The notes: generated by a model from the sequence alone, not told the origin. A stretch of 63,809 bases of DNA, filler included, from Basidiobolus ranarum (GCA_040143965.1; 37 parts of 37 records of this genome joined end to end with filler, not necessarily neighbours in it); one strand, 5' to 3'; counted from the first letter of the whole stretch, positions 24,254-37,423 are shown. Program-made: numbers and translations.

Positions 24254-25179
24254 GGTACCCCTTGCCATTAATCAACTCACTCTTGGATCAGCTTGCTTCA
24301 GCCAAGGTGTTTACAAAGATTGATCTAAAAGGTGCTTACAATCTTGTAAGAATCAAACCAGGAGACCAATGGAAAACTGCTTTTCAAACTTGCTATGGAC
24401 ACTTTGAATACAGTGTCATGCCATTTGAACTTACTAATGCCCCTGCAGTATTTCAACAGATGATGAGTGACATCTTCAGAGAGTATCTTGATCAATTTGT
24501 GATAATCAACCTTGACCATATTTTGGTCTTCTCAAGCTTTCAAGAAGAATATAATAGTCATGTTTCCAAAGTCCTAGAAAAGTTGAAAACCATGGGCCCT
24601 ATGCTAAACTAGAGAAATGTGAAATTGATCAAGCTCAAGTTGAATTCTTTGGATAGAATACCAGCATATTGGGCTTCTCCATGGACCCTAAGAAGGTTGA
24701 ATCTGTTCTGTCTTGGGATATTCCCAAGAATGTGAAGGATGTCCAATCTTTCCTTGAATTTGCAAACTTTTACCGATGGTTTGTCAAGAACTACTCCAAA
24801 ATATCTGCTCCATTAACAAATCTCACAAAGAAAGAACTCCCATTTGACTGGAACCAATCTTGCCAACAAGCATTTGTAACTTTAAAGAGTGCTTTTACCT
24901 CAGCACCAATCCTGGCGCATCCCAAGCTAGATAAACCATTTATTGTTGAAACTGATGCATTTGACATTGCTCTAGAAGCAATACTTTCACAGTTTGATGA
25001 TTACAACTTACTGCACCCTGTTGCTTTTTACTTAAGAAAGTTCTCTACTGCAGAAATCAACTATGACATCAATGACAAGGAACTATTAGCAATTATTGCT
25101 GCGTTTGAACAATGGTGACAATACTCGAATGGAGCAAATCACAAAATCACAGTTTATTGTGATCACAAGAATCTTCTAC
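24254..25179 (+). pseudogene. Ty3/gypsy chromovirus-type RT and RNase H
   Basis: [39 protein letters not shown] and CDHKNL motifs. Confidence 0.92.
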
Positions 25180-25555
25180 TGGGAAAATAGGAGCTGTTTG
25201 GAGAAACTTTAGAAAAGTGGAGTTGTGAAATAGCTTTCTGAGATAATTGTTTATTGTCCAGAAATAAAGCATTTATACTTTTTGGTGGAAATACAGAAAA
25301 CTAACACTTGGGTTGTGTTCAGAACATCTGTGGGAGTAAAATGAGCTATCTTTGGGGCAATTTGGACGAGTTTGAAATATCCAATATGGAATTGCTAATT
25401 CTCACATTATTCACATATATATAAAATATATGTTCCGATTTTCAGCTAAATGATATTTGACTAAGTAAAGTTAACTAACTTATATGTGATATATGAAATA
25501 GTTAGGTGTATAAAGATTGGGATAACATATATGATAAAGACAATAAACTTCAACA
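25180..25555 (-). repeat. Complete LTR-B with unrelated flanks and no TSD
   Basis: TG...CA, 376 bp. Flanks are TCTAC and GGAAT. Confidence 0.85.
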
Positions 25556-25882
25556 GGAATCACTTGATTTCCAAAAGAGTACGGCGGATTTTGGGATCTA
25601 CTTTAAGACAGATAAGGACAGTAAGGTGATACTTGCCTTATATGGAGATGTTCTGATTATAGCTTCCAATAATGATGAAGCCCTCAGGAACACCAAAAGA
25701 GATCTATCAGTCCAATTTAAGATGACCAATTCAGGTGAACTTACGTGTTTTTTAGGTCTGCAGATCCATACAGATATATTGAGTAAATCTATACTCTGAA
25801 TCAATCTAAATACATCTCAGAAATTCTCAGACATTACAGGATGGAGAATTGTAAGCCTGTAGCAACTCCCATGGATCCAGGT
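25556..25882 (+). pseudogene. Ty1/copia RT fragment, same family as 60591-61978
   Basis: ILALYGDVLII (decayed YVDD) and FLGLQI. Confidence 0.85.
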
Positions 25883-25982
25883 NNNNNNNNNNNNNNNNNN
25901 NNNNNNNNNNNNNNNNNNNNNNNNNNTTAATTAATTAANNNNNNNNNNNNNNNNNNNNNNNNNNNNNNNNNNNNNNNNNNNN

Positions 25983-27610
25983 GATTCACTCTGACCTATG
26001 TGGGCCCATGAAAAAAGTCTCACTAGGTGGGAAAAGGTACTTTATGACCTTTATTGATGACAAAACAAGATATACCTGGGTATTCTTTCACCTATAAAAA
26101 CTAAAACCGTAGCTATGTTCAAGTAATAGAAAGCTATGGTAGAGAAAGAATCAGCACAAAAAGTCAGAGTACTAAGGAGTGATAATGGTGGATAATACTG
26201 CTCCAAAGACTTTACTGGTTCATGTACTAAACATGGAATTAAACAACAAACTACTGTACCTTATACTCTACAGCACAATGCAGTTGCAGAACATGCTAAT
26301 AGAACCATAGTCAAGATGGCAAGATCAATGTTATATGATGAAAAGGTAGATTACTAACATTGGGCTGAATCTGTCTCCACTGCAGTCTATGTCAAAAACA
26401 GATGCCCAACAAGATTGCTACAAAATTTTGTTCCATTTGGAGCCCTATATGGATCAAAACCAAGTATGGCTCATCTCTGGATCTTTGGTTACACAGCATA
26501 TTGCCTAACTCAACCTCAAAAACTCTCAAAATTTGAATCCAAAAGCGCAAAATACATACTTCTTGGTTACTGTCATGGATCCAAGGCCTACAAACTGTTT
26601 GATAACAAAAACCAGAAGTTAATCAAGTTCAGATATGTAATTTTTGATGCAAAGGCAAATTTTTGACCTCACATCACATTTCTTGATCCAGACAATACAA
26701 TCAGCACTATTCAGGAGGTGTCTGACAAAATTCCAGCTGTGTTTAAGCTCTATTCAACCAAAATTCCAGTCCCAATTAAATTGGAGGATGATTCAGGACC
26801 CAGAAGATCATACAGCAGGAGAAATAAGCAAGGAAACTGGTGGAACACTTCCAATGATGATGTATATGCTTATGCAGCATTCTATGTTGAGCCCCAGACT
26901 CTGGAGCAAGCTCTGGAGTGTCCAGAATCAAAATTATGGGAAAAAGCAATGTCAGAGGAGTTTTCTTCACTTCAGGACAATAAAACATGGGTTTCAAGTC
27001 TGCTTACATTGGGAAGAAATCCAATAGGTTGCAAATGGGTTTACAAAGTCAAAAACCAAGCAGATGGAACCACAGAAAGGTACAAAGCAAGATAAGTTGC
27101 AAAAGGCCATTGTCAGACTCCTGGAGTTGATTTCAATGAAATGTTTGCTTCTGTAGCTAAGTTTAGCTCCATTAGATCAATCCTGGCATTCTCAGCCATC
27201 CATAACCTTGATCTACATCAAATGGATGTAAAAACAGTTTTTCTGAACGGAAATCTAGAAGAAGAGATCTACATGGAGCAACCCAATGGATTTGTTGCCC
27301 GAAGACATCCTGATAAGGTCTGAAATCTGAAAAATTGCTATATGGAATCAAGCAAGCACCTAAGTAATAGTACCACAAGACAGACGCCTCGTTGGAATCA
27401 CTGGAATTCTAAAAATGCATAGCAGATCACAGTATTTATATCAAAGGATCCTTATGTTGTCACTATATGTGGATGACATAATGATAGCCACAAATGATCT
27501 TGAAGCACTTAATCAGACAAAAAGTAGCTTAACAAACCAATTTTGGATGACTGATATAGGTGAATGAAGTTATTTTCTTGGAATCCAAATCAAGAAAGAT
27601 AAATGCAATC
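25983..27610 (+). pseudogene. Ty1/copia integrase and RT
   Basis: [38 protein letters not shown] and YVDD motifs. Confidence 0.92.
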
Positions 27611-27710
27611 NNNNNNNNNNNNNNNNNNNNNNNNNNNNNNNNNNNNNNNNNNNNTTAATTAATTAANNNNNNNNNNNNNNNNNNNNNNNNNNNNNNNNNN
27701 NNNNNNNNNN

Positions 27711-29140
27711 ACGTTGGGTTTGGGAGGATACTAAAAGGAGAATGAGTTTATGAAGTGGTAAAGAATCGCTACAGACTTCTGACAAATGACAAAGGGTACG
27801 GTGATGACCAACCACGGGTGTAGGAAAAACTTAAAGGAGAGTGTACAAAGTGCTTAAGACTACTGACAAGTGATAATGAGCATGGAGCCAGGAAAAACGA
27901 GTATGGGAACACTTAAAGAAGAGTCTACGTGATGCTGGAGGCTACTGGAAAATATCACGAGCAGTATGGGAAACACTTACAAGAGAGTTTGCGAAGTGCG
28001 AAAGACTACTGAGACATGACGAAAGGTATGGTCATAACAAACAAGCGGTATGGGAAACATTAGAAACAACGGGTGTGAGAAATACTTCAATCAGTCTACA
28101 AAGTGCGTAAGAAAACTGATAAATGTCTAAGGGTATGGTATCAAGAAACAACGGGTAGAGGAAACAATAGTACCGCAAAATTGTTACTCTGCCAAGGAAC
28201 GAGCGGTATGGGACACACTAAAAAGAGAATGCACGCAGTGGTAAAGACTACTGACAAATGACGATGGGTATGAGAAACACTTAAGGTAGAGTTTACGAAG
28301 TGCTAAAGACTACTGAAAAAAGACGAAAGGAATGGTGATAACAAACCAGCGGTATGGGAAACATTTACAGCAAAGTCAAGGCAGTGCTAAATACTATGAC
28401 AATCGATGGATGGTATGGTACCAAGAAATGACCGGTATGGAGAACATTTAAAGCACATTTTATTAAGTGCTAAATATAACTGACATGTGGCAAAGGGTAC
28501 GGTGTCAAGAAACAGCAGGTATAGGAAACAATTAAAGTAGAGTTAGTTTATTAAGTGTAAATGACGAAGAATATAGTGATGGGAAACACTCAAGGGATAG
28601 TCTACAAAGCGCTATGGATTCTTGTTCATTTTTATTCAAAACATAGTTATTGGCGCTTCATCTTAATTTTTATTAAAATCAATAGTTGAACTCTTTATGA
28701 ATGTCTCATCCAAACAAACAAAGAGTAAATAACCTTGTTAATTCCCACATGATTGGCTACAAACTTGATTACATTAAAACCGCTCATCAAATAGTATTTT
28801 TAGTTAGGTTAGAGTTCAAAGCAAGTCACTTGGTCCTTGACTGTACATAAACAAGTTGACAAGGAACTCAGGTTTGAATGCATTAATGTCAGTATCATCA
28901 CAAAACATATAAAGCAGAGGCTACAAAGCGCTTAATACTACTGATAAGGGACAAAGGTATGGTGGCAGAAAATGATGGGTATGGGAAACACTTGAAAAAT
29001 AGTCTTTGAGATACTAAAGACTACTGGCAAATGACAAGGGGTATGATGGCAAGAAACAACGGGTATGGGAAATACTTCAAGTATAGTCGACAAAGTACGT
29101 AAGACTGCTGATAAAAGACAACGGATATAGGAAACGATGT
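27711..29140 (+). repeat. Degenerate 84-bp (28-codon) purine-rich tandem repeat, roughly a dozen units, interrupted at about 28615-28905
   Basis: Consensus by eye: GTATGGGAAACACTTAAAGGAGAGTTTACGAAGTGCTAAAGACTACTGACAAATGACGAAAGGTATGGTGATAACAAACAAGCG. Confidence 0.85.
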
Positions 29141-29438
29141 AACTGTCCATTATTTATTATTAATTGTTATCATTTCAATCGATTGTTAATGCCTACACTC
29201 GTTACTACGGGCACTTGCCTTAATCCGAAATAATTTTTGCTTATTTACGCTTAGCTCTGTGTGATTTTTTCAAATATTTTGCACACATATGGTCAAAGGG
29301 ATTCAATGTGGAGGCAATGTCAGGGCAATAATAGATATNNNNNNNNNNNNNNNNNNNNNNNNNNNNNNNNNNNNNNNNNNNNTTAATTAATTAANNNNNN
29401 NNNNNNNNNNNNNNNNNNNNNNNNNNNNNNNNNNNNNN

Positions 29439-30505
29439 AAAAGCTGCTTATCAAACCAATTTCAGATGACTGATATGGGTGAATTAAGTTATTTTCTTGG
29501 AATCCAAATCAAGAGAGATAAACCCAATCAGAAAATCATGCTGAATCAGACCAGATACATCCTAAACATCATAAAACGCTTCAACATGGAGAATGGCAAG
29601 CCTGTATCAACACCAATGAATTCCAATGTGAAATTAATCAAAATTTCATCTGATTTGTCTCAAAAGGACTCATAGCAAAGCAAGGAGTTCCCTTATTAAT
29701 CCATGGTGGGTTGTTTAATATATACAATGGTTGGAACACATCCAGCCATTGCTGTGGCAGAGGGAACTGTCAGCCAATATCTCAAAAATTCAGGATCTGA
29801 GCATAAAACTGCAGTAAAAAAATAGTCAGATATTTAAGAGGAACTGTAGATCTGTTCTGGCATATTCTGCCACTCCTGATGCACAACATTTTCAAGGCTA
29901 GATTGAAGCAGACTGGGGAAGAAACCTTGATGACAGATGATTGACAACTAGATACACTTTCCTCTATGGAAACAGAGCCATCACTTTTTATAGTAAGAAG
30001 CAATCAACCATAGCACTCTCCACTACAGAAGCGTAGTATATGGTGGCCTCTGCTACTACACAAGATGATATGTGGTTTGGGAAGTTATTTACAGATTTAG
30101 CATACATGCAAATGTATGCAATTATTGTATTCAAAGATAATCAGTGTTGTATTTCCCTAGCTAAAAGCCCTATACATCATGCTAGAACACAACATATAGA
30201 TATTAGGCATCATTTTTTTAGAGAAGCAAAAGAGAATAATATAACTGAACTTGTCTACTGCCTTACAGAAGAAATGATTGCTGACATCTTAACCAAACCC
30301 TTTGCACAAGCACAATTTGAAGAGATGATTGCTGATATCTTAACCAGGCCTTTAACTCAAGCACAATCTGAACTATACAAGTTAGGTTCAAGAGAAATAC
30401 AAAATAATTAGTTGAGTGGGAATGTTAAAATCAGGTATATAGCAACTCATGATTTAGTATTTAGTTTATTTACATTCTGATTATTCAGCACTCAATTCTG
30501 CATTG
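29439..30505 (+). mobile_element. Ty1/copia RT-RNase H 3' end, PPT and start of LTR-I at 30423
   Basis: MTDMGEL, DNQ, HIDIRHHF and MIADILTKP (locally duplicated). TTGAGTGGGAA precedes TGTT. Confidence 0.88.
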
Positions 30506-30743
30506 TTAGTTATCCAATATCTTTACTTGGCAATTTAAAATTGGGGAACTTTGTATGAGCTGGCACAATCTTTTCAAAAAAATCATTGAGCCCAATAATG
30601 GTGGGATGGTGCCATATTGCTTGTTATAGTTCCTGATTTTATGTTCTAGGACCTGGCATGGGTCACTAACAAATCATGCCAGATAGTGTTTTAGCATGCT
30701 GGATTGAGCAATCCAATCAAACTTGGCCCAATTGAGCAAGTCT
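30505..30743. mobile_element. Diverged PHIS-family end
   Basis: Ends ...GAGCAAGTCT followed by AAT. Similar to about 20075-20300. Confidence 0.6.
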
Positions 30744-30873
30744 AATAATAACCTTAGGGGACAGAAGTGGAACAGCTGTCTGGGGTAGTGAAAATACGCA
30801 TATCAGAAACTCCTCAGATGTAACACTATAATCAGAGAATAACAGAAAACAGTGCTTATATACAATACTCTCA

Positions 30874-31065
30874 CCCTAACAGAAATTTGAGGATTGTTAT
30901 TGTAGGAAAACCGTCACAATTTTAATCCATTTGGGGTTGACCATTGACTTACCGTCATAAAATCGTCAAGTTAGATTTGATTTTAATCAATTTTTTCAGT
31001 TTCAGGAGTGAAATTTCAAGATCTCGCAAAATAGTTGCAAATGATTGGCTAAAATCTCAGAGAAC
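30874..31065 (+). mobile_element. CACTA left end, young copy with CpGs retained
   Basis: Begins CCCTAACAGAAATTTGAGG. Confidence 0.8.
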
Positions 31066-31165
31066 NNNNNNNNNNNNNNNNNNNNNNNNNNNNNNNNNNN
31101 NNNNNNNNNTTAATTAATTAANNNNNNNNNNNNNNNNNNNNNNNNNNNNNNNNNNNNNNNNNNNN

Positions 31166-31453
31166 AGCAAGCACGACCTTGTCAATCTTTGGATCAAAGT
31201 CGATTTTTTTCAAAAGGTCATCAAAGTACTCTAGGCTTCCGTGCAAGTCGCCTACGATAATCAACCTGTCCATGGTTCCATCAGCCTCGAGCTCTTGGAT
31301 CTTCACGGTGGAGGCATCTTTCGAAGGTGGGATCAAGATATCCTTTAATGGGTAATAAGCAGGACTCTTAATGTCAAAATAAATAGGCCCAGATGTAACA
31401 CTGTTTATCAAGAAATTCGTAATAAATAGGGTAAAGAAAGTGTATGTGCCCAT
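31166..31453 (-). CDS. Metallophosphoesterase (Ppn2/ApaH-like), 5' part with hydrophobic N-terminal signal
   Basis: MGTYTFFTLFITNFLINSVTS followed by RLIIVGDLHGSLEYFDDLLKKIDFDPKIDKVVLA. Confidence 0.85.
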
Positions 31454-32419
31454 GTTGTTCTTCGAAAGGAAGATAAAAGAATATGTTGATTTTCTCAACA
31501 GTTTTTGGATCAGTATTGTATTTATATGCTTGGTTTGAGACCTCATAGCATGCAAATATAACATAGATGCGCCATCTTCACCGCATAAATATAGCAGTAA
31601 TGCATCATCAGTTCAATTGATTATAACAATTGAGGAAATATCATCAAGTTCAAGCAAGAAAACGCTTTGTAGGCTATCATGACAATTGGTACATTATACA
31701 TAATAGAATGGCGGCTTGAAGATTTGGTAATAGATGAGTGTGAAGGTCTTAATTAATTTCTAAAACGTGGTTAATTTCACGAAAACTGGCCTGCAAAATT
31801 TACCAATCTTCCTTGGTAACATGTATTCGAGTCGAATTTATACACTTGCTTACTGGTTCTCAAATAAAGTACCTGCAAGTTACTTGACAGGGAATTGAAC
31901 ACAAAGTGCCGCAGCCAATGTGGGAGAAAGGTTTCATATTCATCAATTAGCTTATTACAGCAAGAGCAGAGCTAATAGCACCACCTGACTAGAGGCTATA
32001 TTTGTACTTCATATGAGGAAGTCTTCATTTCTAATCGTATCTTGATAAAACAGGTATGTAATATTTATAGAAACTGTATATATCATTATTTAGTAACAAC
32101 GTGAACTACAAGGAATCACTGGTCTGCAGACTATAAAAATGATTGATACTATGAATTAATATTCCAACTTGCTCAGCTCCTGATAAGCAAGATGACAGTA
32201 ACTCCTAATCCGTATACTTCTTTTAAGTGTCGTCTGATAACTAATAAGCACTTTGTTACATTTCTACATCGAGTTTTTACTGAGATATAGGAGTACGAGG
32301 ATTTTGTGTAAATGGTTGATCAGCAGTGAGAATTGTGAGAGAGAGATATTAGCGGAAATCTACGGGGTAGTATTAGACAAAGGAAAACGAGTCTAGTTTC
32401 AGGTGGAAACTGAGTGTAT

Positions 32420-32792
32420 TTAGACTGATGTCGATAACTTCGGGCTGTACGACTCATGTGTCCTATTACAGCTGACACTAACAATATGTTCCCCTGGATA
32501 GATCATGGCCGTTAGTTGTCCACCATAAACACACCCGGTATCCAGACCTTTGGAGTATTCTTTAATGTTCAGACCAAGCGATGCTTGATGGCCATACACA
32601 ATAGTAGCTGGATTCGGGGACTGCTTTTGCTTGGCATTCCATGCCACCGACCAGCTTTCTCCGATATACTTTCCCCTAGTGGGAGTTCCATCAATCAATA
32701 TGTTCTTGATATTCATCACTACATTTGGGTCCTGGGACTCAATCGGCTTTGCAGGGTCTACTCCAGCATGCATGATATAGACCGAGTATTCC
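32420..32792 (-). CDS. Metallophosphoesterase (Ppn2/ApaH-like), 3' part of an upstream tandem paralog
   Basis: HAG, IVYGH and GLDTGCVYGGQLTA motifs, ending in TAA. Confidence 0.88.
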
Positions 32793-32892
32793 NNNNNNNN
32801 NNNNNNNNNNNNNNNNNNNNNNNNNNNNNNNNNNNNTTAATTAATTAANNNNNNNNNNNNNNNNNNNNNNNNNNNNNNNNNNNNNNNNNNNN

Positions 32893-34518
32893 CGGCTAGT
32901 AATAAAATAATAAGTGCCACAATACCTAACGAGCAGGATAAGATATAGCGTTAATCAATTATGGGCGGGGGAAATAGAAATGGGAAAATTACTTACTGAT
33001 CAAATAGTAAAGTAAGAACTTCAGAGTATTTTGGTAAATTCGACGGCCTTCTCCAATCGCACGAAGAATGGTGGCGAAGTTATCGTCAGTCAAAATAATA
33101 TCTGAAGCTTGTTTGGCAACGTCGGATCCATTCATTCCCATAGCAATACCAACGTCGGCTATTTTGAGCGATGGAGAGTCTATTCAATTGTTTGAGTTAA
33201 AACAGGATGAATGTAGAGTAACATAGAAAAGAAATACAAACCATTGACTCCATCGCCAGTCATAGCAACAACCAAATTTCTTCGATGTAAAGCCTTGATC
33301 ATTTTGACTTTAGTATCTGGCGAGCATCTTGCGATAACGAGTGGTAGCTGTTCTAAACTGTCCAACTCTTTTTCCGACATGGCATCAAAACGAGGACCAG
33401 TGATTACGGCATTTTGTAACTTCGACTCTGTTGCATTTGTACTGAGAATGCCCACTTCCTTTGCAATAGCCGTTGCCGTCTCTTCATGATCTCCAGTAAG
33501 CATGTGTACCTTGATTCCAGCACCGTAAGCCTCCTCAACTGCACGGCGACTCTCAGGTCTTGGGGGGTCTGGTCCAAGTCAACAATAAAAATTGATTAGT
33601 TTTCCGTATATTAAGCTGTACATATATACGTATAACCAAATACCGTAAATGCCGACCAGTCCAAGGAAGGTGAGGTCTTTCTCTAGTGCCTCTCGACTTG
33701 TATTCTGAATTTCCTCTTTGGTGATATCAAGATATTTGTATGCCAATGTCAATACACGCTAACGTACAATTGTATTAGAACAAATGCCAAAATCAAGATC
33801 GAATAATTGTGTTCTTACCAAACCCTTTGAAGCTAAGGTATCCATGCGGGTCAAGATTTCTTTTTCTTCCTCAACATTATGACAGAGAGATAGGATTCTC
33901 TCTGTTGCTCCTTTCGTAAACATGATCAATTTGTTAGAATCCTTTAGTTGATAGATGACCGACATTCTTTTAATTGAGGAGTCAAATTGAAACTCAAATA
34001 AGAGTTCGTAATTTTTCTCCTCCAAATCAGGTTTTCCCATTCCAAACTTGTGAGCAAACACTTGAAGAGCGACTTCAGTTGGATTACCATTAGCAGTCCA
34101 TTCATCTGATTGATTCAAACGAATACTTGACATATTGCAAAGAGCGGAGCAACTGACGAATTTCTCCAGATCTTTTGATAAATTGGACTTGTTAATAGGC
34201 TCCCCACTATTGTCGTCTGGCTCAGATGCCAATCCTAGACGATAGACCTCGCCCTCCGGTTCAATCCCTTTAGAAGTTACAGAGTAATAACCATCCTTAA
34301 AAACCCAGAATCGAACCAGCACCATTTGCGCTTGTGTCAGAGTACCAGTCTTGATGAAATAGAAATCATTACAAAGAATAAGCCAAGATATTACTAGTAC
34401 TCATAAGCAAGAAATAACGAGAACAAACCTTATCTGAACAAATATTTGTCACACTGCCTAGTGTTTCCAAAGAGTTTAATTTTCGTACAATGGCCTTTTG
34501 CTTAATCATCTCCTTGCC
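32893..34518 (-). CDS. ENA1: P-type IID (ENA-like) Na+/K+-efflux ATPase, internal spliced fragment
   Basis: ICSDK|TGTLT split by an intron, [55 protein letters not shown] and DDNF. Confidence 0.88.
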
Positions 34519-34618
34519 NNNNNNNNNNNNNNNNNNNNNNNNNNNNNNNNNNNNNNNNNNNNTTAATTAATTAANNNNNNNNNNNNNNNNNNNNNNNNNN
34601 NNNNNNNNNNNNNNNNNN

Positions 34619-35700
34619 TAATGGAAAGCTCCTTCAATAATCTCTCTAGACTTGATCTCCTTCAGCTATAGATGCAGTCATATGAAACGTTTCAAGAGTA
34701 GTAACATATGCTTTTACTATGCTTGTCACAGATATATGCTTTTACTATGCTTGTCACAGATAATGTAGTGATGTTTCGAAGACTGAAACCTTCCTTTCCA
34801 GTTTATAATACTTACTCCCTTCACCACTACCATTTGAAGCTTAATATAAGCTCTAATCTACATCCTGGAGCAATATGATTAGTAGAGGTTCTTCTTGCCA
34901 CCGCGGTAATGCATGGGGCTGGGATATTATGAACCACAAGGAGACATGTGATGCTGACTTGCAAAGCTCGTTTAATTCAAAATCGAAATGAACATCACAC
35001 GGATTATATATCAATAACTGAAGCATGTGAGAACTGACTTGGTAAATATTCCTCTTTACTAAAATATTCTCGATATACACTAGGAAGATATCTATGTTGC
35101 TATTGTTTTTCATATCTGTGTTGAATACTTATTTTCAATACAATAAAACAAGTGCAAACAATATATTAATACTATATACTCTTATTTCCAATTCTTTAAT
35201 TGAATATGGGCAACTAAACCTTTTTTAACACGTCTCAAGCTAGCAGTCAACATACAAACATAACAAACTCAACATGGTATGGTCAGATACAATAGAGTTC
35301 AGGCTTACCACTGAGGCTTTAATGGTCCAGAAAGGAAAAGAAATCCATTTGGCATTAGCTAGAATTATCTGTTGAAAGTGCTGTTAACTTCATCAATTAG
35401 CTAGAATTAATTATCTGTTGAAAGTGCTGTTAACTTCATCACTTTCCAATTTCCAATCTAGCAAAAAGACATCGAAATCTTTGAAGGGCCTAAATATGGT
35501 CAATATTTTCACTAATCTTCTTTGTTGCAGACAAAATTCATCTCTCCAAAAGTTGAGCATTATTTCTTTGATTATAGATGATATCCGCGGGAAATCGAGT
35601 ACCAAGATACTAGCTCCTTAGGTTAATATTAAGAAAAATACTTACTTGTAGTAGGATTAGCACTAAGACGGATATGGTAGTTTTCCTATGTTATTTCTTC
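34619..35700 (-). pseudogene. Probable decayed spliced host gene of unknown family
   Basis: GTAAG donors near 35645 and 35308, short ORFs, and local tandem duplications at about 34706-34762 and 35354-35441. Confidence 0.3.
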
Positions 35701-36854
35701 CAAAATACAAGTCTTGGTCTTAATCAATCCAAATAGACCAATCTTAATATCTATCTTATTATACCAGCAGTCCAGACTATTACAACCAATCAAAATTCGA
35801 AATAACGTAGATGTCCTAGAAATTAGCATTGATTGGTGACTATTTCAGATAAGGTTTTAAGCTTATATGTGATTGGTTAGAATCGCTTGTTCAGGATAGA
35901 GCAAAACAATGACTCTTCGACGGAAGATATTTACCGAGAAAGTGATCACACCAATAGTTGAAGTATACTCATTCCATGCTAAATATCTCCTCAATCATTG
36001 GCTTTGAGATTTATGGATACACAGATCAGATATGTTTTTAAATACGACTTCTAGAAAAAGCATTGCGTTGAGAAATTACCAAAGGAAGTAAAGATTATGC
36101 TTTTATTTCTACTAAACTTGACATTTAGGGGATGTGACTAATATTTCTTGGTTAAAAGAAGTATGTATGTGTAAAATAACTAAAAGAGGCGATATATATC
36201 ACGGTATCACCATTGTAAGGGGAAGGAGTAAAGAGGATAAATCTNNNNNNNNNNNNNNNNNNNNNNNNNNNNNNNNNNNNNNNNNNNNTTAATTAATTAA
36301 NNNNNNNNNNNNNNNNNNNNNNNNNNNNNNNNNNNNNNNNNNNNTCGGTACTATAAAAGAGAAGGGTTTGCTTCAATGAAAAATTACGACTGTACTTTAC
36401 AGGATTATGTATATAGTACATTCCCAGTCTTTGTTTCCCAACAAAGACACTAATAACAAGCCGGTAGACGAGTAGTAGTGCGCTGTCAGTAAAGGGAAGT
36501 GTGGAAAGCACTCTTTTGGTTCTTCGGAACCTCTGAGTATTTCCAGTTGATGATCTTGCTGGTTGATTATTCCACAATCAGGCGAGGACGGTTTGCACAT
36601 TCCGACAGCTTGTGATTTTCTTATATTAGTAGTCAATATATCTACACTTGTATATTGTCTATGAATGCTGCAGTAGATATATGCAATATATATATATCAG
36701 TGGATACATGCACTGGAGCATTCTTTTTTATGAAAACCCGGTTTATAGTAACGCTTAGGACGAAAATAACGCTTTTGAGCTCAGATGCTTCTTGAGCGTA
36801 TATAGCTTTAAATCTTTGCCGATTCTGTTTGAAAGTCTGGAACATATCTATCAC

Positions 36855-37040
36855 GTTTTGACTCCATACACCTCGGCATTTTTCATTAGATTTTATTTCT
36901 TCGTTGATTCATTTCATAGTGCTGTCCATACCCATCTTTTCTTTGCACCATATCTTTCGGGGGTTTTCAGTGGGTTATGAATTTTCATAAATCTTATTTA
37001 AAATTGTTGCCCATACCTATCAAATCTATTAGCACCATGC
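36855..37040 (-). repeat. About 2.5 units of the same 28-codon repeat family as 27711-29140
   Basis: Reads VWATILNK-FMKIHNPLKTPERYGAKKRWVWTAL*NESTKK*NLMKNAEVYGVK with one frameshift. Confidence 0.65.
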
Positions 37041-37423
37041 ATCTGAATACTGAGTTGTTGCACTAACCCCAACAGTAGTATTATTAGTGAAAATGGTAGC
37101 TTGATTGTAATAATATTCATCTACTATTCTGGCCAGACCAGAGTTTTATAATGAGGTTGGCAAAAATGTTTTATTAAGTTCCTGTTGACATGGCAGAATT
37201 ATACATTACCCAACAAGTTGAGCACTTGGGATAGATTGGGTGTCACTGGATTTCTGTCAAACCAAAACTTTGACCACTCTAGGTAGCTGGATCAGTACTC
37301 TTCTTCTTCATGTACACTGAAGTTAGGGGAATCTTTAATTCTTCAAATTTAGCTAAGCATTTCATGAACAAAGGATTATGCAACAAATTGAGAGCGTGAT
37401 AATTTCATAAGAATTAAAGAAAT

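Noticed and set aside
27711-29140. 84-bp unit as a C2H2 zinc-finger array, or as evidence that TAA is reassigned
   Set aside because: No frame shows CxxC...HxxxH or a TGEKP linker. Real genes here end in TAA or TAG (32420, 53341, 58046) and their exons lack in-frame TAA.
31166-34518. Apparent cluster of phosphoesterase and ENA ATPase genes
   Set aside because: They are on different contigs, so the adjacency is artificial.
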